This document shows positions 38,150-51,229 of a DNA stretch of 64,000 bases, one piece after another. The notes below the pieces were generated by a model that saw nothing but the letters and a program-made list of their open reading frames with translations, was not told the DNA's origin and made no database searches. Source of the DNA: Eledone cirrhosa (lineage: Eukaryota); assembly GCA_964016885.1 (NCBI GenBank), contig OZ024741.1, positions 85,188,001 through 85,252,000 on the forward strand, written 5' to 3'. Made by a program: the position numbers and the translations under genes. How positions within the stretch are numbered: the first letter of the stretch is position 1; the number at the start of each line of letters is the position of its first letter.

Positions 38150-39780
38150 GGATTCCATTGTGTCAGAGACATCCAGTTAGAATCTCCAGATTATTTAATG
38201 CTTAGGTTAATTATAGCAGGCATTGTATGTGAAACATCCTTCTAATGCCCTTCTGTACAGAGTTACATACAAGATGACTCAGAGTTGCTGAATCATTTTC
38301 CAAACACAGTAAGTGAACACATTTTTTTTTCTTTAGATGTTGTCAACTTATACACAAATATCCTATGACAAGGGAATAACTGCAATTAAATATTGGCTAG
38401 ACAAACACCAATCCGAATTATCGATACGTATCAAAAACAATTTCATCATTGATGGACTCAGATTCATATTGTAAAACAATTACTTTATGTTCAAAGGATT
38501 TGCTTACCGGCAATTATCAGGAACCGCAAAGGGCACGAAGGTAGTCACCACATTCTCCAAGTTAATCATAGGATTCCATGAACAAAGGATTTACAGCCAA
38601 TGACATCTGCTATTTAGGGACACATTTTACACACAACAAAAATAAAAAATGGGAAAGGTACCTGGGTGATTGCTTAAAATTATAACAGGAAAACTTTCAT
38701 ACAATCACAAAATTCAAAAATATGATAAATAACTTAAACAGCAACACCCAATTTGTAATGGAACTTAATACCAAGTAACTAGCCGTTTTGGGTATCTCAA
38801 TATCAGAGACGGACGGGAGAATAAAAACAGACATTTTCTATAAACCCACGGATTTCATACAGTACTTATTTACAAGAAGTCTCCCAAAACACATGACATT
38901 GAAGATTCCTTTAACCTAGCAAAAAGAATTTGAACAATAGTATCGGGCCCGATCAAACATAAGCAAACAATGGATGAACTCAAAATATATTCACCCAATG
39001 AGCATTCTCACTTGGTATAATCACCAACAGAATAGAAACGTCAAACAAAAAAGATATTCAAGAGCTAAGGAAAACAAAGAATAAAACCAAGGAATATGTT
39101 GGACCATATGTGTCAACTCTAAACTTCAGAAATGTCGAAATGTTTTACCAACTCTGCAAAAACCACCCTGTTCTATATGAAGATGAAAAACTAAAAAGTA
39201 TTCATGAAACAAACCAAATTATCAAAGTTGAAAGACAGCCCAAAACACTAACACATATCCTTACCGGGGCAAAAAGCCACTGCTACAAACTGAACCTTGG
39301 AAAACCTGATCTCTGTGATTATATGCTGTAGATGCTTGCAAAATTACATAGGACAGACGGGAGTGGCATTGCGCAAAAGAATTACCATACACCACCAACA
39401 AATCCGTAATGAAAAAATGGGATAAATCACCCCAAGCAGGTATATTGCAAAATGCGCAGAAAAAGACTAACCAAACTTCAAAATTGTCCCACTCTACAAG
39501 TGTTCAGACTCTTTTACTCAACAACAGAGAGTAGATAAAGAAAAACATTTCATTAATAAATATAGACGGTGGATTGGCAGTATCAGTAGAGGGTCGGACG
39601 CCATGCTTTCCAGCATAGTTACGTCCCTTTACGATCTGAGTTCAAATCCCGCCGAGGTTGACTTTGCCTTTCATCCTTACGGGGTCGATAAAATAAAGTA
39701 CCAGTAATGCACTGGGTATTTGCTGGCCTTGTGCCTAAAGTAGAAACAATTAATCAATATAGACCACAATTAAACATGTA
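38150..39780 (+). pseudogene. Decayed PLE RT/endonuclease
   Basis: By-eye translation: LDVVNLYTNI (~38332), NNYFMFKG..YRQLSGTAKGTK (~38475-38540), RYLGDC (~38656), IKTDIFYKPTD (38821); many stops and frameshifts. Confidence 0.8.
39568..39748 (+). mobile_element. tRNA-type SINE, full length
   Basis: 16-bp TSD attaat(a/c)aatatagac (39552-39567, 39749-39764). Confidence 0.92.
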
Positions 39781-39803
39781 ATTGTACCTCATTAGACAAA
39801 AAT

Positions 39804-39977
39804 AATTGCTTCTACTTTTGGTACAAGGCCAGCAATTATCCCAGTGCATTACTGGTACTTTATTTTATCGACCCCATAAGGATGAAAGACAAAGTTAACC
39901 TCGGCGGGATTTGAACTCAGACCGTAAAGGGCCATAACTCTATGCTGCAAAGCATGGTGTCCGACCCTCTACCGATA
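39804..39977 (-). mobile_element. tRNA-type SINE
   Basis: Reverse complement of the same family. Confidence 0.9.
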
Positions 39978-40702
39978 ATTATCTATAATTGGAAACAACC
40001 AATTTACTCCTATCTGTAAGCGAAACTATGCATATGCAACCACACACGCACACGCACGCACACGCACACACCCACGCACGCACACATATCACACATACAC
40101 ACACACCACAAGATAAAAGGAAAAAAATTTATCACAGCTAAGGAACATCCACCAAAAGTCTCTTCATTCTATTGCTACATCGTCTAGAAACCTCTTCTCT
40201 AACAAATATAAACTCATCTCCTCAAAAGACTCCTTCCAATTATGTTTGTATCTATATTTATATTTTCATTTATTTTTCTTCATTCTTTTCTTCTTGTTTT
40301 TATCTGCAAACCTTAAAATAAATTAAAACTCTTGACACAGTGGAGCGCGACCTACACACACTCACACACAAAACAAAAACACCACAACCTTCATAAAAAC
40401 ATCATTTCGCTAAAAACAATTCGTCATGATGGAAAAAAATTTCAACTCAAATCTTTTATATTCTATTAATATCATCCACTTTTTATTTAAATGTTTGTCT
40501 TTTAATAGAAATCTCAATCAACTTTATATATACTTCTAACTGTTTTAAAATAATTTTCTTTTGTTCATGTATTTATCTACAAACCCTGAAAATAAACTTG
40601 GACTCTTAACACAATAGACACCCTCCTTAATACACTCACACCACAGAACACCAAAATGCCATCTGCGACTTTATTTTTAATAGAAAAGGAACTTTTTCTT
40701 CT

Positions 40703-41160
40703 TTCTTCTTCTTCTTCTTCTTCTTCTTCTTCTTCTTCTTCTTCGCCAACTTATTCCTGTAAGGGTCTTGGGGCAGATTCCACAAGCACGCCTTCGAGCA
40801 GGTCCTGTCAGAAGCAACCGTCTCTAATTGATCCGGCAATTGATCCAAGCGAGACCAGCCGAGCTCAAAGATTTTATACAACCATTTGGCTCGGGGTCTA
40901 CTCCTAGGTTTCCTGTCGGTTGGTTTTGCCAATAAGATCTGTACAACGATTCTTTCCTGAAACATTTTAACCACATGTCCGTAGTATCGGAGCTGTGATC
41001 TCTCAATTTCGAGAATTACAGGCTCTACCTGGAACGACTCTTTGATCAACAAGCTATGCACTCTATCGAGTAACGTTACTCCAAGGACCCTTCGGAGGAA
41101 CACCATTTTCGAGACTTTTATTCATGACCGTATTCTTCCAGTCATTACCCAAGTGTTGGC
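40703..41160 (-). mobile_element. RTE 3' fragment with (GAA)n tail
   Basis: MVFLRRVLGVTLLDRV...QLRYYGHV...RKPRSRPRAKW; (TTC)n at 40703-40744. Confidence 0.88.
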
Positions 41161-41261
41161 ACGAATACCGAATTGAAGTTTGCGAGTATATCTAATATTC
41201 GCTAAGATTGATATACCAATCGAAACTGGTAATATTTGACAAAATTTAAATCCACTTAATG

Positions 41262-41546
41262 CTTCTTCTTCTTCTTCTTCTTCTTCTTCTTCTTCTTCTT
41301 CTTCTTCTTCTTCTTCTTCTTCGCCCAATTATTCCTGAGAGTGTCGTGGGGGAGGAGTCCTCAAACACCGCTTCAGCTGAAGCAAGGGGGGAAGATCAAG
41401 TATGAAGGAGCTGTGTTCACGAGTGTTTGAGGACTCTGTTCTCATTACCCTCTCAGCAATAAGTGAGCAAAGAAGAAGAAGAAGAAGAAGAAGAAGAAGA
41501 AGAAGAAGAAGAAGAAGAAGAAGAAGAAGAAGAAGAAGAAGAAGAA
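41262..41546. mobile_element. Two back-to-back RTE 3' ends: (TTC)n-[minus end]-[plus end]-(GAA)n
   Basis: gagtcctcaaacac (~41355) and gtgtttgaggactc (~41423) are reverse complements; each leads to its own GAA tail. Confidence 0.7.
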
Positions 41547-41792
41547 TGTTTTCTTTACTAACCACAAGGGTTTATATAAAGTAGACATTAAGGGCAGTAC
41601 AGGACAATACAGGACGGTACAAATGGGCATTTCTGCGTGTAAAAAGAAACAGAGGATGTAATAAAATAACAAAGAAAAATTCCCCAATAGGGGGGAGACT
41701 TCCGAGGGACATTTGTGGAGAAAGCCCATTAAAAGACCACAGTGACCCTGACCACCAGGGCAAGTTCCCTCTCCCAGTTTTCCACCTTTAAT

Positions 41793-44700
41793 TTACAGAC
41801 ACATACTCAGAGAAGGCCCATTCATTCGGGCCATACTTGCTTCTCTCACCCATCTTTCAACAAAATGCTGGGAAGAGAGCACTTCCCTCTCTACCCTTAT
41901 TTTCCTTTTCAAATGAAATTTGAAAAAGTTAATCAGGGCATCACCGAAGAGGTAAGTGCTCGTCTTCAGCCCTTTCAAACGTGATCACCATACTATCTCT
42001 TTCGCCATGGCCACCAGACAGATAAAAACTGCCTGCCCTTCCCGGCTAAAGGAAGGGGGCGGGGCAATCCTCACGATGGACTCAGCTGATAGCTGGATCC
42101 GTCCTACACGTGACAGCAGGTGTTCGACATAAACCCACAAGTCAGCAATGCTCGGACACTGGACGAGTGCGTGCAGGACGGTTTCGTCGCCCTGCGTACA
42201 TCTCGGACATGCCTGGCTGACGGCACCTCCATGCCTGTAGAGTTTATCCCGAACTGGCAAAGATCCCAGGTAGCACTGCCAGGCCAGGGATATCTGGAAG
42301 TTGTCCATAGGCCCCGGCCCGAGAGTCCGTCCGAAGAGATTGGCTAGTTGATTTTCGTCGACGCCTAGAGTTTCCCCAAGTACGTCGTCGCTCTTCCCCT
42401 CCACTAATCCTCTATAGAACGCCGAGGTGGAGTTTCCACCGATCACATTGCCCGATTGGTCGAGGGCTGTGAACGCCTGAAGACATTCCAGTCTCCAGGC
42501 GCTCCCTCTCGGTCTTCGCTTGACCCAGGACTGCAGCTCCGTCAAGAAAACGAGCTGGGAAAATACGTGTCTAGCAAACGGCGACCACACCTGATCACCG
42601 TCGAGGAAGAGGTGGAGATGTCGTAGCCTGAGCGCGTGTCTGCGCATCATCAGCCACGGCATTCCCAGCCCTCCACGTAGCGGGTGTTGACAGCAGATGG
42701 ACCGCCTGGCCATGGGAGCGCGTCCCTTCCACAAAAAGCGAAAGAGCAAACGCTCCAGCGCGGTCAGGTGGGGCTTAGGACAAGGTACGACGGTCAGGCG
42801 GTAGCAGATGACAGACGCGATGTACGCGTTAGCCACCTCCGCTCGACCTTTCAGGGATAGCTTCCTCTCCGCCCATTTCTGGGTGAGAGAAGCCATCCTG
42901 CTCGTCACCTCGTCCCAGTTTTTGTCCGTCTGGAGGTCCGGACCGAACCAGACTCCTAGCAATTTAACCGGTCCGTCCGTCCAGCGTCCGTCGACGCTGT
43001 TGGACGGCATGGACCTGCCTCTCCAGGCCCGAGCTGCAGGCCCACTGACTTTTCCTGGTTGATCATTGCTCCTCTCACCGCTTCGTATTCTCTTAGTGTA
43101 GTGCCGATTGCCTCGATGTGTTTGGCGTTCGACACCATTACGGTGACATCGTCCGCATATGCTGACACGGATCTTCCGCATCCTAGTTCGCGCGGGATGC
43201 TCCTCAACGTCTCCAGTTTGTGCAGTAATGGCTCGAGAGTCAATACGTACAAGAGGGACGAGAGGGGACATCCTTGGCGGACCGAGCGCATGATGTTGAA
43301 CGGTTCCGAAAGGTGACCGTTCACTCTCAGCACAGAGTTGATGTCGCTGTGCATGGCAGCGATCCAGCCTCTGAAGACGGGCCGAGAGCCAGCCGCCCTC
43401 AGGACTGCCGCTAGGTAACGATGGTCGACCCTATCGAAAGCTTTCGACTGATCTAAATTGATCAAGGACCCACCCGTGCCAGGTTCCCTAGCTACCCTAT
43501 CTACGATGTATTGCATGAGGTGGAGGTTGTCGTGAATGGATCTGTCGGGAATGGCGCATGTCTGCGCCTTCCCACCAGACCACCAACGACAAGCGCCAAC
43601 CTCTTTGCTAGCACTTTGGCCAAAATCTTGAACTCTGTGTTTAGCAGAGTTATGGGCCGGAAATTATCTATGTTATCCCCCTTGTTCGGATCCTTTCTCA
43701 GCAGCGCCACCGCTCCTCGGCTCACAGGGCTGGGAATTCTCCCGTTCTGTTGCCAGTTGCAGTAGACGTCCGCCAAGAGGCCTCCGAACAAGTCTGGCAT
43801 CTGTACGTAAAGTTCATAGGGCAGACCATCCAAACCTGGCGATTTACCCCTTGTGCAGCCAGTCATTGCTTCCCGTACTTCAGCTGCTGTTATCGGCTTT
43901 TCGCAACACTCCGCCTCAGTGGCCGAGAGCCGCGGCAGTCCGTCGAGGTAGACACTAAAGTCCATCCCTCGACCCGGCCCACCGCTGCCCCCGAACAGCT
44001 GAGCGAAGTGTCGCTGAAAAGCTTCACACATTTGCCCGGGATCGAGTAGCATGCGCCCGTTGTGGTCCACCAAAGACCGGATCGTGGCTTTGTTGCCACG
44101 ACGCGCCTCCGCCATTTGGGCCCATTGAACGGCTTTCGTCCCCTCGTGTCTGAGAGCACGCACCCTAGCTCTGACAACTCAGCCTTCGTGCTTTGCATTG
44201 AAGAATTGGTCAAGGGCCAATTTCGCCGCAAGCACGTCGGTCGCAATGCCTTTGCTAAGCGCCTCGTCTAATTTTCTAACTAGTTCTCCCCCTGCTCTAT
44301 TTTTCTCTATTGCTAAAGCCTTACTAAACCTAATCGATTCTATTCTAATCGCTCTTTTCAGAGCAAACCACCACTTGTTGTTGACGATGGCCCCCGTCAA
44401 CGCCCGCTTAACTAGTTCGCTAATCCGGTCTCTGTAGGCCTTGCGCGCTGGTAAGGACGCGTTTAGCTTCCAGTAGCCGGGTCCTCGTCTATGAAGCCTA
44501 TCTAAGTCAAGCACACAGATCACGAATTTGTGGTCCGTGTAGCTGACTATCTTGAATTGTGGACAGCCTATGCTAGACCTATCTATTTCCCTACAAAATA
44601 CTCTATCTAGATATGATCTGGATGACCCTATGCGATTTGTCTAAGTCCACATTGGCACATTCGGGAAATCCAATCGGTACCTGTCAGACAGTTCAAAACG

Positions 44701-45210
44701 CCTAAGCAGGTTGGTGAGGCTCTTGCACCCTCCACCCCTATCCGCTAATCCCACACAGTCCCAGCGTGCATCTAAGATCCCGTTCCAGTCGCCCACTAAC
44801 ACTAAAGAGCGGGACGTCCCAAGAAAGGTCGTCAGACGCCGGAAGAAATCAGGCCGCCCTGCTCCTGTCGGGGCATAGACGGCCACTAGCCTGAAAGCTT
44901 GCCCGTCTCCGCTGGTCACGTCCAGCACCACCAACTTACCCTCTGGGTCCAGGAAGATGGCCCGTATGGCGAGATCCAAACCTCTCCGAAAAAGCACAGC
45001 AACTCCGCCCCCCGATCCAGGACGGCTGGGAGATGCGTACACATCGTAGCCGCCGAAGATCGGTGCGATGGCCCGTGCTTCGGAGATTCTGGTCTCACTG
45101 ATGGCCACTACATCTATGTTTAGTGACCTGAGGTCGTTGAGCAGGTGACCCTGCTTCCATGACGACCCCAAGCAGGCGCATTTATGCTGCCTATTCTGAG
45201 TGAGGTCATG
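41793..45210 (-). pseudogene. LINE ORF2 (EN+RT) with several stops and frameshifts
   Basis: ISETRI, VGDWN, SPGLDG, FRPITLLN, DQSKAFDRV, RQGCPLS, YADD, CPRC...H...C. Confidence 0.93.
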
Positions 45211-46927
45211 TTTAGAGGAGGGATGGTTTTTCCATCCCTTTTCACTTGATTGTCTGGTGAAGGGACCGTTGAATCGTCCCTTCGGCTGGTCGTCGGCTCT
45301 TCTATGAGTATGTCCGAATATACTCTTCGGTTGATAGTCCCTCCTAGGTCTCTGAAATCACCAACTGCGTTGGGGAATTTCGTTTTAATGTTTGTGTATT
45401 GTTTCTGTGCTATTTTTAGCAGTCTTATGTTAGTTGGCGTTTTGATTGGTGCTGGTATTATGTAGTCGTGTTGTGAAATGTCTGTGTGTTCAATTATGTA
45501 AGTCATTAGTTTCTTGTTGTGTGTATTTATTGCCGTGCATTTGTTTTTCTGGGGGTGGGGTGTGGTTCTGCTATTTTCTTGTCGTTGTTGCTGGGTGTGT
45601 GTGTTTTGTTGTTGTGTTTGCGATGTTGGTGCTTGTGGTGGTGGTGTTGAAGGTGTTGTTGTTGTTGGCGGTGGGGTTGTCGCCGGTGGTGATGGGGGTG
45701 CTAGTGTGGGTGGTGATGGTGTTGGTGGTGTTGCTGCTGTGAGTCTCTTTGCAGTAGCCTTTACCCTTTTTTCATTTTTTTCCTCCCTTTTCGAAGGCGA
45801 CGATGCGCTGCTTCTGCGTTTGTGCCTTCTGACGACCTGTTGCCATCCCTCTCCCACCTCACACTCCATGTCTGATTCTGTGAGGTCGGGGAGGGGTACC
45901 AGCTCCACTCTTTCACTTGTTGTTGGTGATGTTTGCACTGGAGTCTCTGTTGCAGCTGCATTTGGTATTGCTGTTGTTGTTGTTAATACTTCCATTGCTG
46001 CTGCTGTTTTTGATTTCCGTGGCGTGGGTATGGGTGCCACGGACCTATCGTTCCTGGTTGCCACTTGTCCTGTTGCTGGTAGATGTGGAGCCAGTTTTGG
46101 AAGGGGGGGGTTCTCCTTTCTCGGGGTCTTCTCGTTGCAGAAGGCCCTGAGGTGAGTCTTCGATCCACAGCGAAAGCATTTCGGGCGTTTGCCCTCAACA
46201 CTTATGGGCAGTTGAGTGCCGTTATCGAAGTCTATCACATCCGGGATAGCTTCGATGCACTCCTGGTTGGTTTGGATTAACATCTCAATGGAGGTACCGA
46301 CCCAATCTTCTCTTACTTTTTTCTGTACTTGCAGTACAGTTGTTTTGTCCTCGATTCCGACGAGGACAGACGCGGCCAGCCAAGAAGGGGCCATCCCGGG
46401 GGTGACGTGGGTCAGTTTGACCCTCACAATTTTTTGCCTGCAGTAGGAGGGCACCAACACCATTTCCTCGCTCCTTAGGGTCACTAAGGATTGAGCCTTT
46501 GCCTCCTGGGGTGTGGCAAAAAGTACGTCTACGGTGGCATATTTCTTGCCTCGGGTGATGTGCGTTTTCCGCTGCCACACAGACCCCAAGGCTTTTTGTA
46601 TTTGAGCCTCTGTGGCTCTTTCAACCCTACGGGATTTTGTACTTACTGTACGGTACGTGACCGTACAGTGCTGATGGGTTTCGAAAAAATTTTCGGCTGC
46701 CTTGCAGATTGCTCGGTGTCCTGTTTTTGTCACCATCTTCTTCGCTTCCTCTAATTCCTCATTTGTTATGAGGATGGTTTCCAGGTTCTTTGCGATACCT
46801 GCAAACGAGATTGGTTTTTCTTTGCTGCTGCTGTTGTTGTTGTTGTCGTCAGAGCTGCTGTTACTTTTGTTGTTGCTGCAGGTACTACGACTACTGCCGC
46901 CGCCGCTGTTGCTGTGGTTGTTGTTGT

Positions 46928-46958
<31 letters not shown>

Positions 46959-47339
46959 TATGCTGCTGCTGATGCTGTTGCGGCTGCTACTGTTGTTTTC
47001 CTTGTCACTGTTGCTGCTGTTATTACGGCAGCTACTGCTATTATTCCTGACGTCAGACGAATGAAATGGGTTTTCGTATTTCCCGCACACCTTTTTCGTC
47101 GTTGTCGTCGTCGTCTTGGAGAAATCTTGCTCGCTTTGCACGTGATTTTTCTTTTCTGGCGTCGCTTGCGAAAGAGAAGGGAGGGAGAGAGACACATTTA
47201 GAGAAGGGAGGGAGAGAGACAATCTTCTCTCTGCTTTAGTGACGATTGAGGAAGAAGAAGACGGAATGAGTGGGAGTGACCTATGAAAATTCTTTTTCGT
47301 AGCCATGTTGTTTTTTTGTTTAAAATAAATATTGGGCAC
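45120..47339 (-). CDS. LINE ORF1 (gag-like nucleic-acid-binding protein with CCHC zinc knuckle)
   Basis: 739-aa open frame upstream of ORF2; CFRCGSKTHLRAFC fits CX2CX4HX4C; S/N-rich and P/T-rich linkers. Confidence 0.88.
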
Positions 47340-47522
47340 AAAACCCCAATAAGCGGTTATTTAACCCCCGAAGGGCCAAATAACGGGCAGAAAGACCCCT
47401 CTCACGAGGAGGAGGGTGTTTTTGTCTACAAGTTGGTTAAAGTTTTAAACAATTTACAATTGTTATAGCGGTCAAAATTTACAATACCTTACAGAGCCGA
47501 GCCTCCGTCAACCATAGCATTC

Positions 47523-47558
<36 letters not shown>

Positions 47559-47901
47559 GTGGATTTAAATTTTGTCAAATATTACCGATTTCTTAGCGAA
47601 GATTAACAGTAAATACAAAATATTAAAAAAGTGTTTTCATGTACTGTGTCAGCGATTTGAATATATGGGAATTTTCTGTTAAAATATCTTCTTATATATA
47701 TGTTCTTTATGAAGGTGCGGCAGTGAAGGTGGAAGTGGTGTTCAAAGGGTCAGGATTCAATTGAATTCACTTGCTTAAAATAGAAAATTCTTTTACTATT
47801 GATAATAATGAGTGGGGAGAAATTCTGTCAAAATGTCAGTGTTTTAGGGGTTTGTGAAAGTAGATATAGAAAATGGATATAAAAGTCTCCTTTCATCATG
47901 T

Positions 47902-48066
<165 letters not shown>

Positions 48067-49740
48067 ATCCCTTGTGTCAAGAGATCAAGATAGGTAGGAA
48101 TGGAAAAGTGTATTAAGCAACCTGAATTGTTTGAAAATATTCTGTTGTATCGCGAAATGCACCTCGTGAAATCAGCGCCCTAGATAACAGTATATGAATC
48201 ACTACCTCCTTACGGACAACTGACGCTGCACACCAGGTCCGAACACAGAAGAGCCGGCCTCCCACTGTCATCGCCTCCATCTTTCTCACCCTCCTCATCT
48301 CTCTCTATTATGAGTAAATATTCTACAAAGGTCAGTGATAGATATATATCTGGCTACCATGGAACATAAAATAAGAGATAGTCTTTTTAGAGTTGTTTTC
48401 GCTTATATTTTACGCTCAATAGGATCATCAAGACACTACGTTTACCTTATTTCTGGTTTCAGTCATTAGCCTGCAGTCATGCTGGGGCCCTACTGCAAAG
48501 GGACTTTAGTCAATCATATAAACCCTAATAGTTATTTGTTCAAGTCTTGTCTGTATATTATTTATCTATTATTGACAGTCTGATAGACACACATGCATAT
48601 GGTACTTATCGTACGCTTTTACACATACTTTATAGGCCATTTATGGTAAAAACTTCATCAACAGGGAGAGAGATGACGTGCTTCTGCAGTTTTCGCCTAC
48701 CAGTTTCACTCACAAGGCATTAGTCAACCCTATAGTAGAAGACATTCGGGGGGGGGGGGGTAGATAGGGCGATTGATCAAGTCTAACATTCAACTAGATC
48801 ATAACGAGATTTAAACTCAGAATGCAATGACCCAGAACAAATACCAAAAGGCATCTCTTCCGATGCTAAAACGACGCCAGTACTGTATTTGATGATCACT
48901 TTATTTCATCCACCCCAATTCTTTCTATCAGTGACATAAAGCCAGCAATTTGAAGGAAGAGAAGATCGATTACATTAACTCCAATATTTAATTAGTATTT
49001 TATATTATCAAATCCAGAAGGATAACAAGCAAAGTTGACATTGGTGAGATTTGAAATTAGAGTGCAAAACGCAAGAGCCAACTCTACCAATTCACTGCTT
49101 TGTGGATTAATGTTTAGAAATATGAACATTGTTTTAAAAAATCACCAATATACATTTTGTACGATAATCTTCTGGCTTGAGCAAAATAATGCCCCTAAAT
49201 AATGCCCCTTAATAATGTCAACGTGATTCAACGTGATTCAGAGTATGATGAGTATATCCATTTTTGTTAATAGTACAACTCATTAGTTTCTAGCCGGGTA
49301 TACAGGAGCAAATAGAACAACGCGCTGCTAAGAGTCGATCTAACGACCTTTACGATCATGAAATCCCCCATGATCATCCTATCCACCATACCACGAGCTT
49401 TCACATGCGATAGTATTAACATGTGATAAACATTTAGAAGCTTGAATTATCTATTGTATGTTTTTTATCAATAAATCAAAAATTTTATTATAATTATTTA
49501 CTAAATTTTTTTTTATATCTTCGTTTTATGGGGACATGTAAAAACTAGTGTTTATTCAACGAAACGTTGTTCCGCTGATGACATGTGAACTCAAATAACT
49601 AATATGATTTAGTTTATAACTGAAATTTCAGCTGCCAGACGTAATTCTAGAACTTCAGAATCACATCACAAAATATATATGTAAGGACGGTGGATGTGTT
49701 GAACATTTAAAGATCTCAAGACTAAGGAATAAATCACATT

Positions 49741-49919
49741 AGCAGTATCGGTAGAGGGTCGGACGCCATGCTTTGTAGCATAGAATTACTGCCCTTGCCA
49801 TTCTGAGATCAAATCCCACCGAGGTTAACTTTGCCTTTCATCCTTACGGGGTCGATAAAATAAAGTACCAGTAATACACTGGAATAATTGCTGGCCTTGT
49901 GCCAAAAGTAGAAACAATT
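49741..49919 (+). mobile_element. tRNA-type SINE
   Basis: Same family as 37597-37779. Confidence 0.9.
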
Positions 49920-49927
49920 AAATATAT

Positions 49928-50112
49928 AATTGTTTCTACTTTTTGGCACAAGGCCAGCAATTAACCAGTGCATTACTGGTACTTTATTTTATCGACTCCG
50001 TAAGGATGAAAGGTAAAGTCAACCTCAGCGGGATTTGAACTCAGATCGTTAAGGGACGTAACTATGCTGGAAAGCATGGCATCCGACCCTCTACCGATAC
50101 TGCCAATCCACC
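49928..50112 (-). mobile_element. tRNA-type SINE, tail-to-tail with the preceding copy
   Basis: Reverse complement of the family; about 8-nt spacer. Confidence 0.9.
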
Positions 50113-50281
50113 ATAATGAGTTGTTTTAATTAAAGTTGCTACCGTGGCTGTGTGGTTAAGTAGTCTGCTTCGCAACCACTTGATTTTGGGTTCAGTCTTT
50201 CTACCTTGAGCGAGCCTTCTACTACATCCTCGGATAAACGAATGCCTTTTGACTGATGGGCAGGGTCTGTGTAGAAGGCAG

Positions 50282-50445
50282 TCACACAGAGAAGAGTTTT
50301 CGGTCGGAGATCTTAATTATCTCCCCGTTGATCGCGTCTTTCTTCATCAGGGCAACTATTCCCCGACTTACAGAACTGGGAAGTCTCTCGTTCTGATGCC
50401 ACTTGCAGTAGACAGATGTTAATATATCGGCAAACAACAGCGGAG
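50282..50445 (-). pseudogene. Small Tx1 RT fragment
   Basis: LFADILTSVYCKWHQNERLPSSVSRGIVALMKKD resembles LFGGLLADVYCNWQQNGRIPSPVSRGAVALLRKD. Confidence 0.8.
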
Positions 50446-50537
50446 GAGGGGGGGATACCTTGTGCAGGGCTTGAACTTTTAATTGAACTTTAGTTGTTCC
50501 ATTCTGTGAACAGATGATTGCAGATGGAATATATTTA

Positions 50538-50720
50538 CAGCGTACCCCTGGCATTCGCGGTCCCGGTTATTCGCGGGATTTTTCTTAGAACCTACCCATG
50601 GAAACTACCCTATATTCGCAGAATTGTAAATATCTTCCGCGAATTTTTTATGGGTTTTTTCGTGACAACATATATTTTTAACGCTAAAGTATTAATAACA
50701 AAACACCGCATTGCCGGTCT
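50538..50720 (+). mobile_element. Possible Tigger/pogo-like DNA transposon end
   Basis: ta|cagcgtacccctggcattcgcgg with repeated attcgcg motifs; no second TIR found. Confidence 0.4.
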
Positions 50721-50779
50721 ATTCGATGCCCCTTCATTTTTTATCTTATTTTACGTTATATTTTGATGTTTATAGGCAT

Positions 50780-50832
<53 letters not shown>

Positions 50833-51229
50833 ATGGTGTTGGTTGAGGTGGTGGTCGTCGTCATTGTCCTGGCAGCAGCAGCAGCAGAGGAAAAAGCAAA
50901 CGTGTGAGAAAATCACACTGCGACTGTTGATGTTTTGTAATTGAGAGAAGCTAAATTGACTAAAACGAAATCACTAGGGGGTATTTACTGGTTTGATATT
51001 AATATATATGCACACACACACACGCACACATACACACACATACATACAGACATACATACATACGCACACTCACATACACACACCCACATACACACACACG
51101 CATATATATATATTTATATATATACACACATATAAATGTGTGTGCGTGTGTACGTACGTATGTCTCTCTCTATATATATACACATCTATATATATATATG
51201 TGTATGTGTGTATGTATGTGTATACATGT

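Larger units (their letters stand above)
41547..47522 (-). mobile_element. L1/Tx1-clade LINE, full length, second subfamily; ORF2 disrupted
   Basis: ORF1 45120-47339 and ORF2 pieces 44641-45171, 44179-44523, 43501-44163, 42956-43516 and 41985-43271. The 3' UTR end resembles the other two copies. Flanked by (GAA)n and (AAT)n. Confidence 0.93.

Noticed and set aside
45446-47201. Plus-strand hydrophobic or Cys-rich ORFs
   Set aside because: Antisense shadows of LINE ORF1 low-complexity regions.
48113-48315. Possible host exon with hydrophobic C-terminus
   Set aside because: Short frames with stops, no clear splice sites and no recognisable motif.
49575-49635. CTGATGA...GAAA hammerhead candidate
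   Set aside because: No convincing stem I or stem II closure. Similar weak cores at ~142, ~51629 and ~62106 were rejected for the same reason.
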